A stretch of DNA of 64,000 nt, taken from NCBI GenBank assembly GCA_965219575.1, contig OZ244779.1:812769-876768 (forward strand), written 5' to 3'. The translations under genes and the position numbers were made by a program. This document shows, piece after piece, positions 1 to 10,736 of the stretch. The notes beneath the pieces were generated by a model that made no database searches, was not told where the DNA came from, and saw nothing but the letters and a program-made list of their open reading frames with translations. How positions within the stretch are numbered: position 1 is the first letter of the stretch; each line of letters opens with the position of its first letter. The DNA is from Candidatus Oxydemutatoraceae bacterium (GTDB taxonomy: Bacteria; Pseudomonadota; Gammaproteobacteria; Poriferisulfidales; Oxydemutatoraceae).

Positions 1-225
1 CCCGGGCAAGCGGTTGTTTTAGTTGCCGAGAAAGAACCTAGATCGTATGACTACCGTCACTCTTCTAAGTTCAAAGCGATAGATAGCCGAAACGATGATG
101 TTCCCGCAGACTCTTTTTCCGATATCCCCGACGCATCCGAGTCGCAACCGGAAGTAGATACTATTTTACGGAACGCAAAAATGATTAAGAATTTAATGAA
201 TGAAATGGAACCCGCTTCTAAATAG
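1..225 (+). CDS. 3' end of a hypothetical ORF running in from the window edge
   Basis: Frame 1 is open from base 1 to TAG at 223-225 (PGQAVVLVAEKE...MEPASK*). No family recognised. Confidence 0.3.
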   Translation, partial: PGQAVVLVAEKEPRSYDYRHSSKFKAIDSRNDDVPADSFSDIPDASESQPEVDTILRNAKMIKNLMNEMEPASK

Positions 226-578
226 AACCATCGCTTGTTGCAAAGTATCCGGAGGATGCTACAGATAAACAGCAGCAGTCATTGCTCGGCACCGTGCAGC
301 AAATAAGAAACGACTCGGCAATGATATTACCCGAAGACATGATGGTTGAACTAGTTGAAGCCGGCCGCGCCGGCAGACTCGAATATGCGTGCGACAAGAT
401 GAACGATGCAATCTCCAAAGTCGTCGTCGGTCAAACGATGACTATCGACCACGGTTCAAGCCATAGCCAAGCAGAAGTTCATCTCACCGTGCGCGATGAG
501 AAAGTTATGGCTGATGCGCATTTATTAGACGATTCATTTATGTGCTCGGTCGTGCGTTGGTTGAGCTTTGTGGGATAA
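222..578 (+). pseudogene. Internal fragment of a Mu gp29-like portal protein (DUF935)
   Basis: Translates to AKYPEDAT...AMILPEDMMVELVEAGR...AISKVVVGQTMTIDHGSSHSQAEVH...ADAHLL...VVRWL, typical of the middle of DUF935 portals. Only about 120 codons, with no N or C terminus. Confidence 0.75.
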
Positions 579-1110
579 GTTCGGCGCATCGCCCGATCAA
601 GTCGGCAGTCGTGGCAAAAGTGTCGCCAAAACAAAGCCCGGTCAACCAAACTATCAAGACTACGGATTGCCCGGCGTAAAAGATTATTCTCCTGATTTAT
701 TAGAGCAAACACCTGAGGTTTTAGCTGGCGAAAAATCTTTAGAAAGTGCGCTAGAAAAAGTTAATGAATTTCTTCTGAGAGGACAAGAATGGAGACGGGT
801 TAATACACCGCTTGAACCGGTTATTATTCACCGGCGACATATTGATCATATACTGATAAAACGAGATCAGCAGAGAGAGAAGTTTATTAACTGGATAATA
901 CCGACATTAACAGAACCTAATGAAATTTGGCTAACCGCATATGAGGATGGTTTTCGCAGGCGTTTCATTAAAGTATTCAAAGAGGGAAAGAATATGTTAA
1001 TTGTTGCGCGAGAGAACTTAGATGGTAGCTTATTTTGGAACGCGATACCGGCAAAATCAAAATATATTGATGGGCAGCGCATAGGTACTTTGCTTTATGA
1101 AAAAAGATAA
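568..1110 (+). CDS. PBECR2-type (Barnase/EndoU/colicin/RelE-like) nuclease domain, C-terminal remnant of a Mu gpF/gp30-like head morphogenesis protein
   Basis: Motifs HILIKRDQQREKF, TLTEPNEIW, RRRFIKVF, FWNAIP..KYIDGQRIGTLLY. Lies between portal and gpG remnants, the gpF position in Mu-like phages. Confidence 0.65.
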   Translation: MWDKFGASPDQVGSRGKSVAKTKPGQPNYQDYGLPGVKDYSPDLLEQTPEVLAGEKSLESALEKVNEFLLRGQEWRRVNTPLEPVIIHRRHIDHILIKRDQQREKFINWIIPTLTEPNEIWLTAYEDGFRRRFIKVFKEGKNMLIVARENLDGSLFWNAIPAKSKYIDGQRIGTLLYEKR

Positions 1111-1114
1111 TAGG

Positions 1115-1212
1115 GGGTGAGCTTGAGTCTCATAAGGCTGTTAGGCACCAAGTAGTGGATTGATAATCGTTAATTAGCCTAACCTAGCCGATGTATCAAC
1201 CCCCGCTCACCC
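1115..1212 (+). ncRNA. Putative structured RNA element downstream of the nuclease ORF
   Basis: Outer stem GGGTGAGC (1115-1122) pairs with GCTCACCC (1205-1212). Inner stem GGCTGTTAGGC (1136-1146) pairs with GCCTAAC-CT-AGCC (1177-1189). Small hairpins lie inside. Confidence 0.35.
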
Positions 1213-1230
1213 AATAGAAAGTATATCACA

Positions 1231-1420
1231 ATGAAAATAGATATTAAAATTGAAGATAAAATAGCATTGCGGACATTAAATATTTTGGCGCGTCGCAGCG
1301 ATGACCTATCGCCTGCAATGCAAGCGATTGCCGGTGTATTGGCAGATGTATCGAGGAAGCCTTTCAATCCGAACAAGCACCGGAAGGCGAGGTATGGATG
1401 CCGTTGTCGGATACTTTCCC
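1231..1420 (+). pseudogene. Mu gpG-like virion morphogenesis protein, frameshifted and truncated
   Basis: MKIDIKIED...DLSPAMQAIAGVLADV continues in another frame from about 1353 as EEAFQSEQAPEGEVWMPLSDT (the family's F..E..P.G..W.PLS pattern). Breaks off near a repeat remnant at 1433-1446. Confidence 0.7.
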
Positions 1421-1491
1421 TGTCACCGCACACTGACGGGGTGGTTTGCGTAAACGCATTAGTTCTGCGAGGACGGCACTTTCGGATGGTT

Positions 1492-4400
1492 TTACTTATC
1501 CTTGCGTGAAAATATCTTATTGAGGATACCTTTAATACGTCTGCCCGGGGCTTTGAGCGTATTCGTGGGATCTAATTTTCTCGCAACCGGGGCACTGGTA
1601 AATTGAACCTCGGGCTTGTCCCAAGTTCCTTTTAGTGTGTATTCCAAAGTGATGACTCTGTCGACCCAATTATCCAATTCGGTGACTCTACCGAGCAGAA
1701 ACACGGTGGCAGCCGTCAGTGGCCCGCCTAGAAAAGCGGTTGCCAATGCCACATTGGTACCTACATGCGGTGTCACCAAAATTTTTTGATCGTAATCGCG
1801 TTGCGTGATGCCGGTGCGTCCGGTAATTTTCATGTCCAAGGCAGGGCCGTTGATATCGAGGTTTTGAGTCATTAGATTGGCTTTATTAAATTCCAGCTCA
1901 CCTTGCATACTATCGAATTCGAAGCCTTTATCAAAGACATCTTTGAAATCGAGCGACAGGCGTCGTGCGAGTACATCGACATTCAACAAGCCGAATAATC
2001 TGCCTACTCCAGGTTCTATATTTTCTATAGAGCCGTTTTTTATTTGTAATTTAACCGGCCCCTGAAGTTGGTCTAGTTCAAATCCCATCGGGCTGTGGTC
2101 CCAATTCAGATTCACATTGATTTGTCCTTGTCCTCCTCGTAGTCCTCTAAAAAAATTCCAGTCGCGCAATAACTGTCCGTAGTCGTCGCTGTTTAATTGG
2201 AAACTGAAGCTACTATAGTCTTGCCCGTCTATTTTTTTCCAATCGCCCTGCAGTTGTATCTGGATTAAAATTTTATCGCCGTCCTTTTTGTTGAAGTTCA
2301 TTTTGCTTATTTGAACCCCGTCGGTGTCGGGGGAGAGTGCCATTCTGACATCTTCGATATCGAAACGTCCCGATTTGAATCGATCTATCTTGACCGATAT
2401 CGGGGGAAACGTGGCAGGATCCAGTTCGTCCGTCTCGGATGACAGGGCACTGCCCTCTAGTATTAGATGTTCCAAATCTAGATAAACGCGTTGGCTTCGA
2501 TCTGCGGGAATCGATGCATTGCCTTTGATTGTTTCGGAGTCTATCGTTAGCAGAGTTTTGTCTCGCTGCTGTTCGATTGTCAAATGTGCTTGATTGGCGG
2601 TGGAGTTATTCCAAACCAGCTGGTCTATCAGCACATCTATGTCTTGTGCATAAAGTTCGGAGCCGCCATCGCCACCCTGATAGCTCCCCGTCCAATCGAG
2701 CCATTCGTCGATAGGGAGATGCGGGATTACGCCGCGTACCGTGAAGCGCGCATCGTCGCTCGCTTCAAACGGATAAGCAATTTTCGGTGAAAATTGCAAC
2801 AAACCGGTCGGTGTTTGGTCTGCGGTTTCGGTATTCGGAGTCTGCAAAACCAAACGCACGCGGTCGCCGTAGTCGAATTGATAATTTTTACCGGTATCGG
2901 TGATTTCGGCAAGGAATGTCGAGTCGGCAACCTCGCCGGCGCGTTTATACAGCGGGTCGGGCATATTGACCGCTAAGGCTTTCAAGTCGGAGTTCAATTT
3001 CAATCGCAACGCACCTTTAGAGTCGGCACGCAACGGCGGGATTAGTAATTCCGCATCCCAAGTATCGGCGGCGGTATTGAAAGTAGTCTCGGGCAATGCG
3101 CGTATTGGCAAATAATCGGTAGGGAAAGGGATGCGGGTTTCCATTTTGAGCAAGGTTGAACCTGCGTCGGCTTCGGCGGTTGCGGTCAACGGATAAGTAT
3201 CGTTCAAAAGAGCCTTAATATTGTCCGAGCGTCCACCGAATTTATCAAAATGCAATCGTCCTTCCAGTTGGTTGAAATCTAAACCCAAGGTGTTCAGTTT
3301 CATATTTGCGCCGTCCAAGTCGATATAACCTCCTACGTAGGTTTCTCGTTCTAAGGTTGGAACCATTTTCGTATTCACCTTTAAGCTCATATTCACATCG
3401 CCGTCGGTTTCTATGTTCGAGATGAGGATACTTTCGGGGTCTACCAATCCGGTGTTTCTTGCATAGCTCAAAACATCGGCAAGCGGCCCGCGTCCTCGAG
3501 TATCGATTTTGATATAGGGCACGGCAATATCTTCCAGCAAAACGGTAGTGTCTTTGGCGTGAAAGTTCATTGTCCGTAAATTATCGCTTTGAACCTTTAG
3601 TACTTTATTTTCCAGTGACAAATCCAGATTGAGTTCCGTAATTTCGGGGTCTTGTTTGCGATAGAATAAAGTGACATCATCGGCTTGGGCTTGTAGCCGC
3701 CAAAGACCGGCATCCTTACCGAAAGGGGTATCCGGGTTTCCGTCTACGGAGAGTTCGGCGTATCGGACGGTGCCACCGCGTATCGCATTGCGTAGCCAGT
3801 TTTCGAGTCTGGGTTTGAGCGTTTGAGGTGGTATCCACTGCGGGATTTCGGTTGCCTTGAGATTGTGTAAATGCATCGACGACCGCAGGTTTTTATCTTT
3901 GCCACCGGTTATCCTGTAAAAAAGGTTTCCATCGATGCGGGTATCGGCGGAACCTTTGATAGAGAGGTCGTTCAGATTCCATTCTGTGTATTCGTCGTTT
4001 CGCTTATAATTTCCTTTTAATTCTATCCGTTCTAAATTTTGCGGCGAAACCCATTGATCGCGATGCAAACGGACATCGTCCAACACCCATTCGATTTGTC
4101 CGCTCAACGGCTGTGGCAGGTTGGTCGATGTTAGCGGTTCCGATAATCGTATCGGTGGCCAAACACGCGGCGATGTAAACCAACGGTCGGAGTGCGCGGT
4201 ATGTAATATCAAATCAACGGCTCGTTCGTCATCGGGAGTTTGGGTGGGATTTTGTTCCATACTAAGATCGGTTTGCGTATAAGAGAGCAACCGATTGTAT
4301 ATCGAAGGGGCAATGTGATTCGTTTGAAATCTTAAATTGCTGAAGTAACCGGCTTCATTTCGGTTTTGAACGATTGCCAAATCGACATTTTCTAAAACCG

Positions 4401-5415
4401 CATCGTCGCTTTGTAAGGACAAACCGGCAAAACCGAGTTCTCTGCCATTCTCGTCTGCTTGCCAGTTTAATTCGGTTTGTAGATGCGATATCGCATAGGC
4501 ACGATTTAATTCGGGGTTTAGATAGTCTTTCAGAGACAATGTGCCGGTTAAATTTTCCAAACCTTGCCGGTACGATGCCTGTCCCCATAACTCGGTTTGC
4601 AGCAGCCCTCGGTGCTTGGGAGGCACATCGATCAGTTGATAGAATGCGGCTAAATTCAGATCTTCGGCATCGATATAAAAATCACCTTTCGGATCGAATA
4701 TATCGTGTTCGAGCTCGGCTATCAAGGTCAGCTTTGAACCCAATACTTCGGGTAATTCGGTGACCAAAGCCAACTGCGTTGTATCGTATCGGGGGTTGAG
4801 TATGAAGTGTTCGACATTAAAGCTCCGAGTGTCTTCGCTATCGTTATGATCCCAATGTATCAGCACATCGTGAAAGCCTATATCAACATAGTCGATCGCT
4901 ACGGCTTTGCTCAGCAACTCACCGAGGTTGAATTGTTGCGTTCGCTCGGGTATAAGGAATTCTCGGTTAATCTGCGGCAGGCGTAACAAGTTATTTTCCG
5001 GATCGGTAGCTATTGCAAGTTCTATCCCCGACATTCGTAGCGAATCAAAGCGTAGTTTGCCATCGAGTAGCGAGCCCAATAAATCTATCACGACTTCCAT
5101 TTGTTCGACGATCAGTGGCGGCGTGGCAGCCTCGGGGTTCGAGAGTTCCACTTGTCGTGCGTAAATAATCGGGTTGATGAAATCCACTCGTCCGTTGATC
5201 TCGGTTATGGATGCGTCCAATCCGAATGTATCGGAAATCTGCGAGACAATCACTCCACGGTATTGTTCTATATCGTATACAAACCATCGCGCCGCAACAC
5301 TGAGTACGGCGGCAATGCCGAGCAACATCACAGAAGCGGATAAAATCCAACCGAGGATGGGATATTCGGGCTTAGATTTTTTCGGCTTCGCTTTTGATTT
5401 CGTAGAGTTTGGCAT
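1492..5415 (-). CDS. yhdP: YhdP/AsmA-family intermembrane phospholipid transport protein
   Basis: About 1300 aa with an N-terminal TM helix and C-terminal [31 protein letters not shown]...[10 protein letters not shown]. The ATG at 5415 is preferred over the ORF-track start at 5439. Confidence 0.85.
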   Translation of the reverse strand: MPNSTKSKAKPKKSKPEYPILGWILSASVMLLGIAAVLSVAARWFVYDIEQYRGVIVSQISDTFGLDASITEINGRVDFINPIIYARQVELSNPEAATPPLIVEQMEVVIDLLGSLLDGKLRFDSLRMSGIELAIATDPENNLLRLPQINREFLIPERTQQFNLGELLSKAVAIDYVDIGFHDVLIHWDHNDSEDTRSFNVEHFILNPRYDTTQLALVTELPEVLGSKLTLIAELEHDIFDPKGDFYIDAEDLNLAAFYQLIDVPPKHRGLLQTELWGQASYRQGLENLTGTLSLKDYLNPELNRAYAISHLQTELNWQADENGRELGFAGLSLQSDDAVLENVDLAIVQNRNEAGYFSNLRFQTNHIAPSIYNRLLSYTQTDLSMEQNPTQTPDDERAVDLILHTAHSDRWFTSPRVWPPIRLSEPLTSTNLPQPLSGQIEWVLDDVRLHRDQWVSPQNLERIELKGNYKRNDEYTEWNLNDLSIKGSADTRIDGNLFYRITGGKDKNLRSSMHLHNLKATEIPQWIPPQTLKPRLENWLRNAIRGGTVRYAELSVDGNPDTPFGKDAGLWRLQAQADDVTLFYRKQDPEITELNLDLSLENKVLKVQSDNLRTMNFHAKDTTVLLEDIAVPYIKIDTRGRGPLADVLSYARNTGLVDPESILISNIETDGDVNMSLKVNTKMVPTLERETYVGGYIDLDGANMKLNTLGLDFNQLEGRLHFDKFGGRSDNIKALLNDTYPLTATAEADAGSTLLKMETRIPFPTDYLPIRALPETTFNTAADTWDAELLIPPLRADSKGALRLKLNSDLKALAVNMPDPLYKRAGEVADSTFLAEITDTGKNYQFDYGDRVRLVLQTPNTETADQTPTGLLQFSPKIAYPFEASDDARFTVRGVIPHLPIDEWLDWTGSYQGGDGGSELYAQDIDVLIDQLVWNNSTANQAHLTIEQQRDKTLLTIDSETIKGNASIPADRSQRVYLDLEHLILEGSALSSETDELDPATFPPISVKIDRFKSGRFDIEDVRMALSPDTDGVQISKMNFNKKDGDKILIQIQLQGDWKKIDGQDYSSFSFQLNSDDYGQLLRDWNFFRGLRGGQGQINVNLNWDHSPMGFELDQLQGPVKLQIKNGSIENIEPGVGRLFGLLNVDVLARRLSLDFKDVFDKGFEFDSMQGELEFNKANLMTQNLDINGPALDMKITGRTGITQRDYDQKILVTPHVGTNVALATAFLGGPLTAATVFLLGRVTELDNWVDRVITLEYTLKGTWDKPEVQFTSAPVARKLDPTNTLKAPGRRIKGILNKIFSRKDK

Positions 5416-7936
5416 GTGCTTCACGCGGGCTGAGCGCATCGAGGTCTAAAGCGGAAATTAGGTTTGCGAGTTTTTTCTCGGACTCAACTACCTGCGTTGT
5501 TGGTTGCGAGAATTCCAATGCGATTTGTGGATCGCTATTGTTGTGTTTTTGTTGTGCTTCCAGCATTTGTAGCTTTTGTTTCGCAACCCCGATGACATCT
5601 TCGGGCACGCCGGCTAGCCGAGCCACTTGCAGTCCGTAGCTCTTATCGGTATGACCGGTCTTAACTTTATATAAAAAGATTATTTTCTCCTTATGTTCAA
5701 TCGCATCTATATGTACATTGTGCACCGTTTCGTAGTGTCGGTCTAGCGATGTCAATTCAAAATAATGGCTTGCGAATAAGGTGAGTGCGCGATTGTGTTC
5801 GGCAAGATACGCCACACACGCCCAAGCCAAACTCATGCCGTCAAAGGTGCTGGTGCCGCGCCCTATCTCATCCATTAAGATCAGGCTATGCGGTGTTGCA
5901 TTATTTAATATGTTTGCGGTTTCGGTCATCTCTACCATAAAAGTAGACCGCCCCGACGAAATGTCGTCCGAAGCACCGATGCGCGTAAAAATTCGATCTA
6001 TAGGTCCGATGACGGCTTTGTCGGCGGGGATATAAGCACCGATATGGGCGAGCAACACGATCAATGCGGTTTGCCGCATGTAGGTTGATTTGCCACCCAT
6101 ATTGGGACCGGTAATAATCAATATGCGCCGTTGTTCATTCATGTATAAATCATTGGAAATGAATTCATTCTCCATTGTACGCTCGGCAACGGGGTGTCTA
6201 CCGGCGATGATCTTGATTCCGATCTGCTGCGAGAACTCGGGTCGACAATATCGGTACTGTTGTGCGCAACGGGCGAGGCTATTGAGTACATCGAGCGTTG
6301 CAAGACCTTGCGCACATTCTTTCAATGAAACCAGATCCGGCACAAAGCTTCGCAATAATTCCAAATAAAGTTTTTTTTCGTAAGCCAACGCCTGTTCCTG
6401 CGCAGCTAGAATACGCCCTTGAAATTGCTGCAGCGCAGGGATGGTGAAGCGGGAGGCATTTTTCAAGGTTTGCACACATTGATAATCGGCAGGGACATGT
6501 TGGCTTTGTGCTTTGGTGACTTCTATATAGTAGCCGTGTATTTTGTTGTAGCCGAGGCGCAGATTGGACAAACCGCTGCGTTGTTGTTCGTCTTTTTCCA
6601 GCTTGAGTAAATAGTCGTCGCCGTGGCTACTCAAGGTGCGTAATTCGTCCAACTTGACATCGAAGCCGGTTTTGATAACGCCGCCGTCTCGTATCGTTGC
6701 AGGCGGTTGATCTTTTATCGCCTTTGCTAAAGTCTCGGTGATGGCTTCCTTGACATCGAGCATCGCATCAATCCTTTGCAACAGTCGCACATCGGTGTTG
6801 TTCAATAGTGCTTTGATATCGGGCAACATTTCCAGTGTTTCGCGCATCCCCAATAAGTCTCTGGGGCGTGCGGTCAATAGAGCGAGTCTGGAAATAATAC
6901 GCTCCAAATCGCTGATTTTTTTGAATTGCCGCACAATCGCCTCGGTATCGCCGTGCTGCATCAGCCATTCAACCGCATCGAGCCGGTTATCAATACGCTT
7001 GTGATCCTTGAGCGGCTGCCCGAACCATCGTCGCAAACAACGGCTCCCCATTGCCGAACCGGTTTTGTCATAGGTCGCAACCAAGCTGTGCCGATCTTGA
7101 CCCGAGAGCGCACTGTCTATCTCTAGGCACGCCCGACTTTCGGCATCTATTGCGATGTAATCTTGCAGATGCTCTACGGTTAGTTTGGATAAATGGGGGA
7201 GTATGCTTTTTTGGGTCTCCTTTAAGTAATGAAGCAATGCGCCCGATGCACAAATCGCACTGTGCAGTTGCTCACAGCCGAAACCGCTTAAATCCCGAGT
7301 GTTCATCTGCTCGCAAAGGATGCGGTGACAATAATCGTGGGCGTAATGCCAGAGCGGACGTATCGTTCGTTGCGCCGGCACGGAAAGTTCTAATCCTTGA
7401 TGCTCCGCCAACAAGATTTCCGAAGGCTGCATCCGCTTGAGTTCGGCGTTGACACTTGCGATATCCTCACATTCGCAAAGCCTAAAGTTTCCGGTGCTGA
7501 GTTCGACGGTTGCGATGCCGTAGTTCCCTTTGTCTCGGTGTACGGAGACGAGCAGGTTTTCTTTTCTTTCTTGCAACAGGCTCTCTTCGGTCAAAGTGCC
7601 GGGAGTGATAATGCGTACCACCTGCCGTTCGACTAAACCTTTGCTCGCCTTAGGGTCGCCTATCTGATTGCATAGCACTACCGATTCGCCGCGTTGCACC
7701 AGCTTGGCAATATACGACTCAACCGAATGTACCGGCACACCGGCCATCGGAATAGGTTCTTTATCGGAACGGTTGCGCGAGGTTAGGGTGATGTCGAGCA
7801 AGCGCGCCGCCTTTTCGGCATCGTCGTAAAACAACTCGTAAAAGTCGCCCATTTGATAGAGCAACAATAGCTTAGGATACTGAGCCTTAATATCCAGATA
7901 CTGTTGCATGCTCTGTGTATGTTTAGTCTTTGACAT
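5372..7936 (-). CDS. mutS: DNA mismatch repair protein MutS
   Basis: [48 protein letters not shown]. Confidence 0.98.
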   Translation of the reverse strand: MSKTKHTQSMQQYLDIKAQYPKLLLLYQMGDFYELFYDDAEKAARLLDITLTSRNRSDKEPIPMAGVPVHSVESYIAKLVQRGESVVLCNQIGDPKASKGLVERQVVRIITPGTLTEESLLQERKENLLVSVHRDKGNYGIATVELSTGNFRLCECEDIASVNAELKRMQPSEILLAEHQGLELSVPAQRTIRPLWHYAHDYCHRILCEQMNTRDLSGFGCEQLHSAICASGALLHYLKETQKSILPHLSKLTVEHLQDYIAIDAESRACLEIDSALSGQDRHSLVATYDKTGSAMGSRCLRRWFGQPLKDHKRIDNRLDAVEWLMQHGDTEAIVRQFKKISDLERIISRLALLTARPRDLLGMRETLEMLPDIKALLNNTDVRLLQRIDAMLDVKEAITETLAKAIKDQPPATIRDGGVIKTGFDVKLDELRTLSSHGDDYLLKLEKDEQQRSGLSNLRLGYNKIHGYYIEVTKAQSQHVPADYQCVQTLKNASRFTIPALQQFQGRILAAQEQALAYEKKLYLELLRSFVPDLVSLKECAQGLATLDVLNSLARCAQQYRYCRPEFSQQIGIKIIAGRHPVAERTMENEFISNDLYMNEQRRILIITGPNMGGKSTYMRQTALIVLLAHIGAYIPADKAVIGPIDRIFTRIGASDDISSGRSTFMVEMTETANILNNATPHSLILMDEIGRGTSTFDGMSLAWACVAYLAEHNRALTLFASHYFELTSLDRHYETVHNVHIDAIEHKEKIIFLYKVKTGHTDKSYGLQVARLAGVPEDVIGVAKQKLQMLEAQQKHNNSDPQIALEFSQPTTQVVESEKKLANLISALDLDALSPREAHAKLYEIKSEAEKI

Positions 7937-8010
7937 ATAATGTTCGTTTTATGTTAATGAATGATGTCAGTCTATAGATTTGTCTATAAAAGAGATATAA
8001 CCAAAGCCCG

Positions 8011-8529
8011 ATGACCGCCATGACCGATATTTTAAGCGATAAATCAATCTATACAATGTGCGAAAAGCTCGCATCCGCATCGTGCAAGCATAATATCAGG
8101 CTGGCAACGGCAGAATCATGCACCGGTGGGTGGATTGCCAAAGCCTGTACCGACCTGCCCGGCAGCTCTGCATGGTTCAGTGCCGCCTTAGTGACCTATA
8201 GTCTCGAGGCGAAAGCAACCACGCTCGGCATCGATCAGTCGCTACTCCGAGAGTACGGTGCGGTGAGCCGTGAAGTCGTATCACAGATGCTCGGAAAAAC
8301 GCTGTTGAAAGTAGCCGATGCGGATATCGCAGTTGCGGTGAGCGGTATCGCCGGACCCGACGGTGGCACTCGCAATAAACCCGTCGGTACGGTATGGATC
8401 GGCTGGCAACTGCGCGACCGCACACCGCACATTCGGCTTTGTAACTTCGCCGGCACGCGCGACCACATTCGGCGTGCAACCGTAGCCGAAGCCGTTCAAG
8501 GTATCTTGCGATTACTGGAAGGACATTGA
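8011..8529 (+). CDS. pncC: Nicotinamide-nucleotide amidohydrolase (CinA C-terminal/PncC)
   Basis: AESCTGG, GAVS, SGIAGPDGGT..KPVGTVW. Located upstream of recA. Confidence 0.92.
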   Translation: MTAMTDILSDKSIYTMCEKLASASCKHNIRLATAESCTGGWIAKACTDLPGSSAWFSAALVTYSLEAKATTLGIDQSLLREYGAVSREVVSQMLGKTLLKVADADIAVAVSGIAGPDGGTRNKPVGTVWIGWQLRDRTPHIRLCNFAGTRDHIRRATVAEAVQGILRLLEGH

Positions 8530-8540
8530 TTCAATGCGCT

Positions 8541-8697
8541 GCCCGACAGGTTGGTCGCAGCGGATCTGCACAAGTATAGTGTCGGTATATTCCCCTCCTT
8601 TGGAGGAGTGGCAGGCGTAACGTTGTGTAGAACCTTGATACATAGTACAAAATGTAAAGCCTTTCCATGGGTTGGTTGTGGAGGATCTGCACAAACC
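8541..8697. repeat. Intergenic mosaic repeat (A palindrome plus C segment) containing an empty MITE site
   Basis: ATTCCCCTCCTTTGGAGGAGTGGCAGGCG plus a segment matching 15670-15742 in reverse and 24591-24615. Confidence 0.85.
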
Positions 8698-8733
8698 TAA
8701 CCGCCATGCGCCAAGAATATCTGCCAACCACCG

Positions 8734-9921
8734 CTACGATTCTTGCCGAAGTGCTCTATATCTTTCTAGGGTCTTCCCGAAAGGTTCAATCCAAAGGTTA
8801 TCGTCCAGCTTTCTTGTTCTTTCTTCTTGGAGCGAACAGATAATCAGAGGCACATTGGGGAAGTTCTCTCTGAAGGCTTTGATTGAGTTTTTATTTTTTA
8901 TTTGCAAAGATGTTTTACACTCAATCGCCATGACGGGTTTGCCCTCTAACTCAATAAGAAAATCAATTTTCCATTTCCCCGAACGCCATAGCGAAATTTG
9001 ATGGTCGCTTCTCGTATAGTCCTTGATTCTTACAAGTTCGTTAGCAAGATTTGTTTCAAAAAGTGTTCCGAGTTCTGCGGGTGAGGGGCTGCCGCTTAAC
9101 CTTCTCTGCAAAGCCCGCACGACACCGCAATCAAAAAAATAAAACTTGGGTCGTGCCTTTTTGCGCTCGCTACGGGCGAAAGGCCAAAGGAAGTATCCTA
9201 TTAAGGTATCTTCTAAAACAGAATAATATTCCTTAACGGTACTTGCCGGCACCGAACACTCACGCGAGATATTGCTGAATTGAATCATCTGCGCATTGCA
9301 TTGACCTGCCACCTCTAAAAACCTTTGGAAAGAGCCTAATTGTCTTACCAAGGCTTCGGCTTTCACTTCCTCTTTGAGATAAGTCGTGACATAACTCTTC
9401 AAATGATCTATAGCAAGGTTTTCTTGTTTCTTAGCGATGAGTGTTGAAACAAAAGGTAGAGAACCATAACTTAAAACCTGAGCCATATCAAAATGCGCAC
9501 CTAATTCTTTCTTTGTGAGTGGGTGGAGCTTAAAGTCGACGGCTCTACCGCCCAAGAGATTGGCTTTACCTTTCTTAAGTTTTCTGGCACTAGACCCCGA
9601 CAGAAAAAATTGCAACTGCTTTTTCTCGATACCCATTTGAACATAGTCTAGGAGAGAGGGAACTTTCTGTATTTCATCTACTACAACTCGGCTTCCCGGT
9701 TTTAAGGAAAAGATTTCTTCCCAGAACAACCGAGGGCGAAGTCGAAAGTCCATTTCTAACTGTGCGTCCAGCAAGTCGTAATAAGCGGCAACATCTAATT
9801 GGCTCATCAGATGAGTTTTTCCGACTTGCCGAGGCCCTAAAAGGAACAAAGAGGAAGGATGGGAACCGATATCAACCTCTCTTTTATAGTACATCATGTT
9901 ATTTATACTCATAAATAACAT
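8734..9921 (-). CDS. AAA+ ATPase (AAA_14 with DUF4143-like C terminus)
   Basis: GPRQVGKT, VVVDEIQK, LSGSS, PKFYFFDCG, LFET, IDFLIE...AIECK. Confidence 0.88.
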   Translation of the reverse strand: MLFMSINNMMYYKREVDIGSHPSSLFLLGPRQVGKTHLMSQLDVAAYYDLLDAQLEMDFRLRPRLFWEEIFSLKPGSRVVVDEIQKVPSLLDYVQMGIEKKQLQFFLSGSSARKLKKGKANLLGGRAVDFKLHPLTKKELGAHFDMAQVLSYGSLPFVSTLIAKKQENLAIDHLKSYVTTYLKEEVKAEALVRQLGSFQRFLEVAGQCNAQMIQFSNISRECSVPASTVKEYYSVLEDTLIGYFLWPFARSERKKARPKFYFFDCGVVRALQRRLSGSPSPAELGTLFETNLANELVRIKDYTRSDHQISLWRSGKWKIDFLIELEGKPVMAIECKTSLQIKNKNSIKAFRENFPNVPLIICSLQEERTRKLDDNLWIEPFGKTLERYRALRQES

Positions 9922-9996
9922 TATAATATAAATTTATGAAAAACTAGGCTTTATGCTTCCCTCGCTAATTTATGTTAACTATTATTGGGAGTAGAT

Positions 9997-10228
9997 CATT
10001 CCCCTCCTTCGGAGGGGTGGCAGGCGCAGCCCGACGGGGTGGTTGCAGTATCGGGCTGTTGAAAAAGTACCGTTCTGCACGAACCCAACCGCTATGCGTC
10101 GTATGGTTTTGGTTTCCATAAATCGGGTGAATGAATGTATAAATCGTGCAGATGTAACGCGTTACGGGCAGAATAGAGCCGCCGATTGAGCCGGTAGGTC
10201 AATCGGCAATTTTGATGTCCGCCCCTAC
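9997..10228. repeat. Mosaic repeat: A palindrome, one GGCTGTTGAAAAA end and a GTAG-type REP
   Basis: CATTCCCCTCCTTCGGAGGGGTGGCAGGCGCAGCCCGACGGGGTGGTTG, then GGGCTGTTGAAAAAGTAC ... GTCCGCCCCTAC. The inner part is the reverse complement of 34188-34363. Confidence 0.9.
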
Positions 10229-10255
10229 ATTATATGTAATATTTTTTTAACAATT

Positions 10256-10504
10256 CTATTTGAGTAGCGCGATCGTCATGGTGGCGTATACACCTACGAG
10301 CGTCCCCATGATGACTACTGTACCTATAAACAAACTAATAACCCAGGTACGCATCTTTGACATGTCGGCCTTGAACTCGTTGCGGAGTTCGTTCATGTCG
10401 GCCTTGAATTCATTACGGAGTTCGTCCAAGCCAATCTGGGTGCCTTGAATGTCGTCTTTAAGTTCTCTATAAACTTCGTCTATTGTCATTTTCTTGTTTT
10501 TCAT
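10256..10504 (-). CDS. Small coiled-coil protein with C-terminal TM anchor (DUF1640/CCDC90-like)
   Basis: ELRNEFKADM occurs twice (33-bp tandem at 10361-10426), followed by a hydrophobic C-terminal helix. Confidence 0.6.
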   Translation of the reverse strand: MKNKKMTIDEVYRELKDDIQGTQIGLDELRNEFKADMNELRNEFKADMSKMRTWVISLFIGTVVIMGTLVGVYATMTIALLK

Positions 10505-10736
10505 AACCTATTTCCTTCATCAACATTTTTAGAATGTTCACACTATAGCATAAACGATATTAAGGTCTAATATTATGAAGTTTGTGGAGCGGAGGGTCTA
10601 CCTCTACAGATGCAGTTCATACCCAAATTTTGGTTGCTTCGTCGGTTTTATTTTTAAGGTGCCTGTTTATGGTATAGAATAGCTTGAAAATTGGTTTTTA
10701 CTTAGCCAAGTCCATTAAATCAGAGGAGAAATAACA

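Noticed and set aside
1231-1509. 92-aa ORF as an intact gene
   Set aside because: Family similarity switches frame near 1352, and the tail runs through a repeat remnant into yhdP.
10663-10678. LexA box upstream of recA (CTGTTTATGGTATAG)
   Set aside because: Does not fit CTG-N10-CAG in spacing or right half-site.
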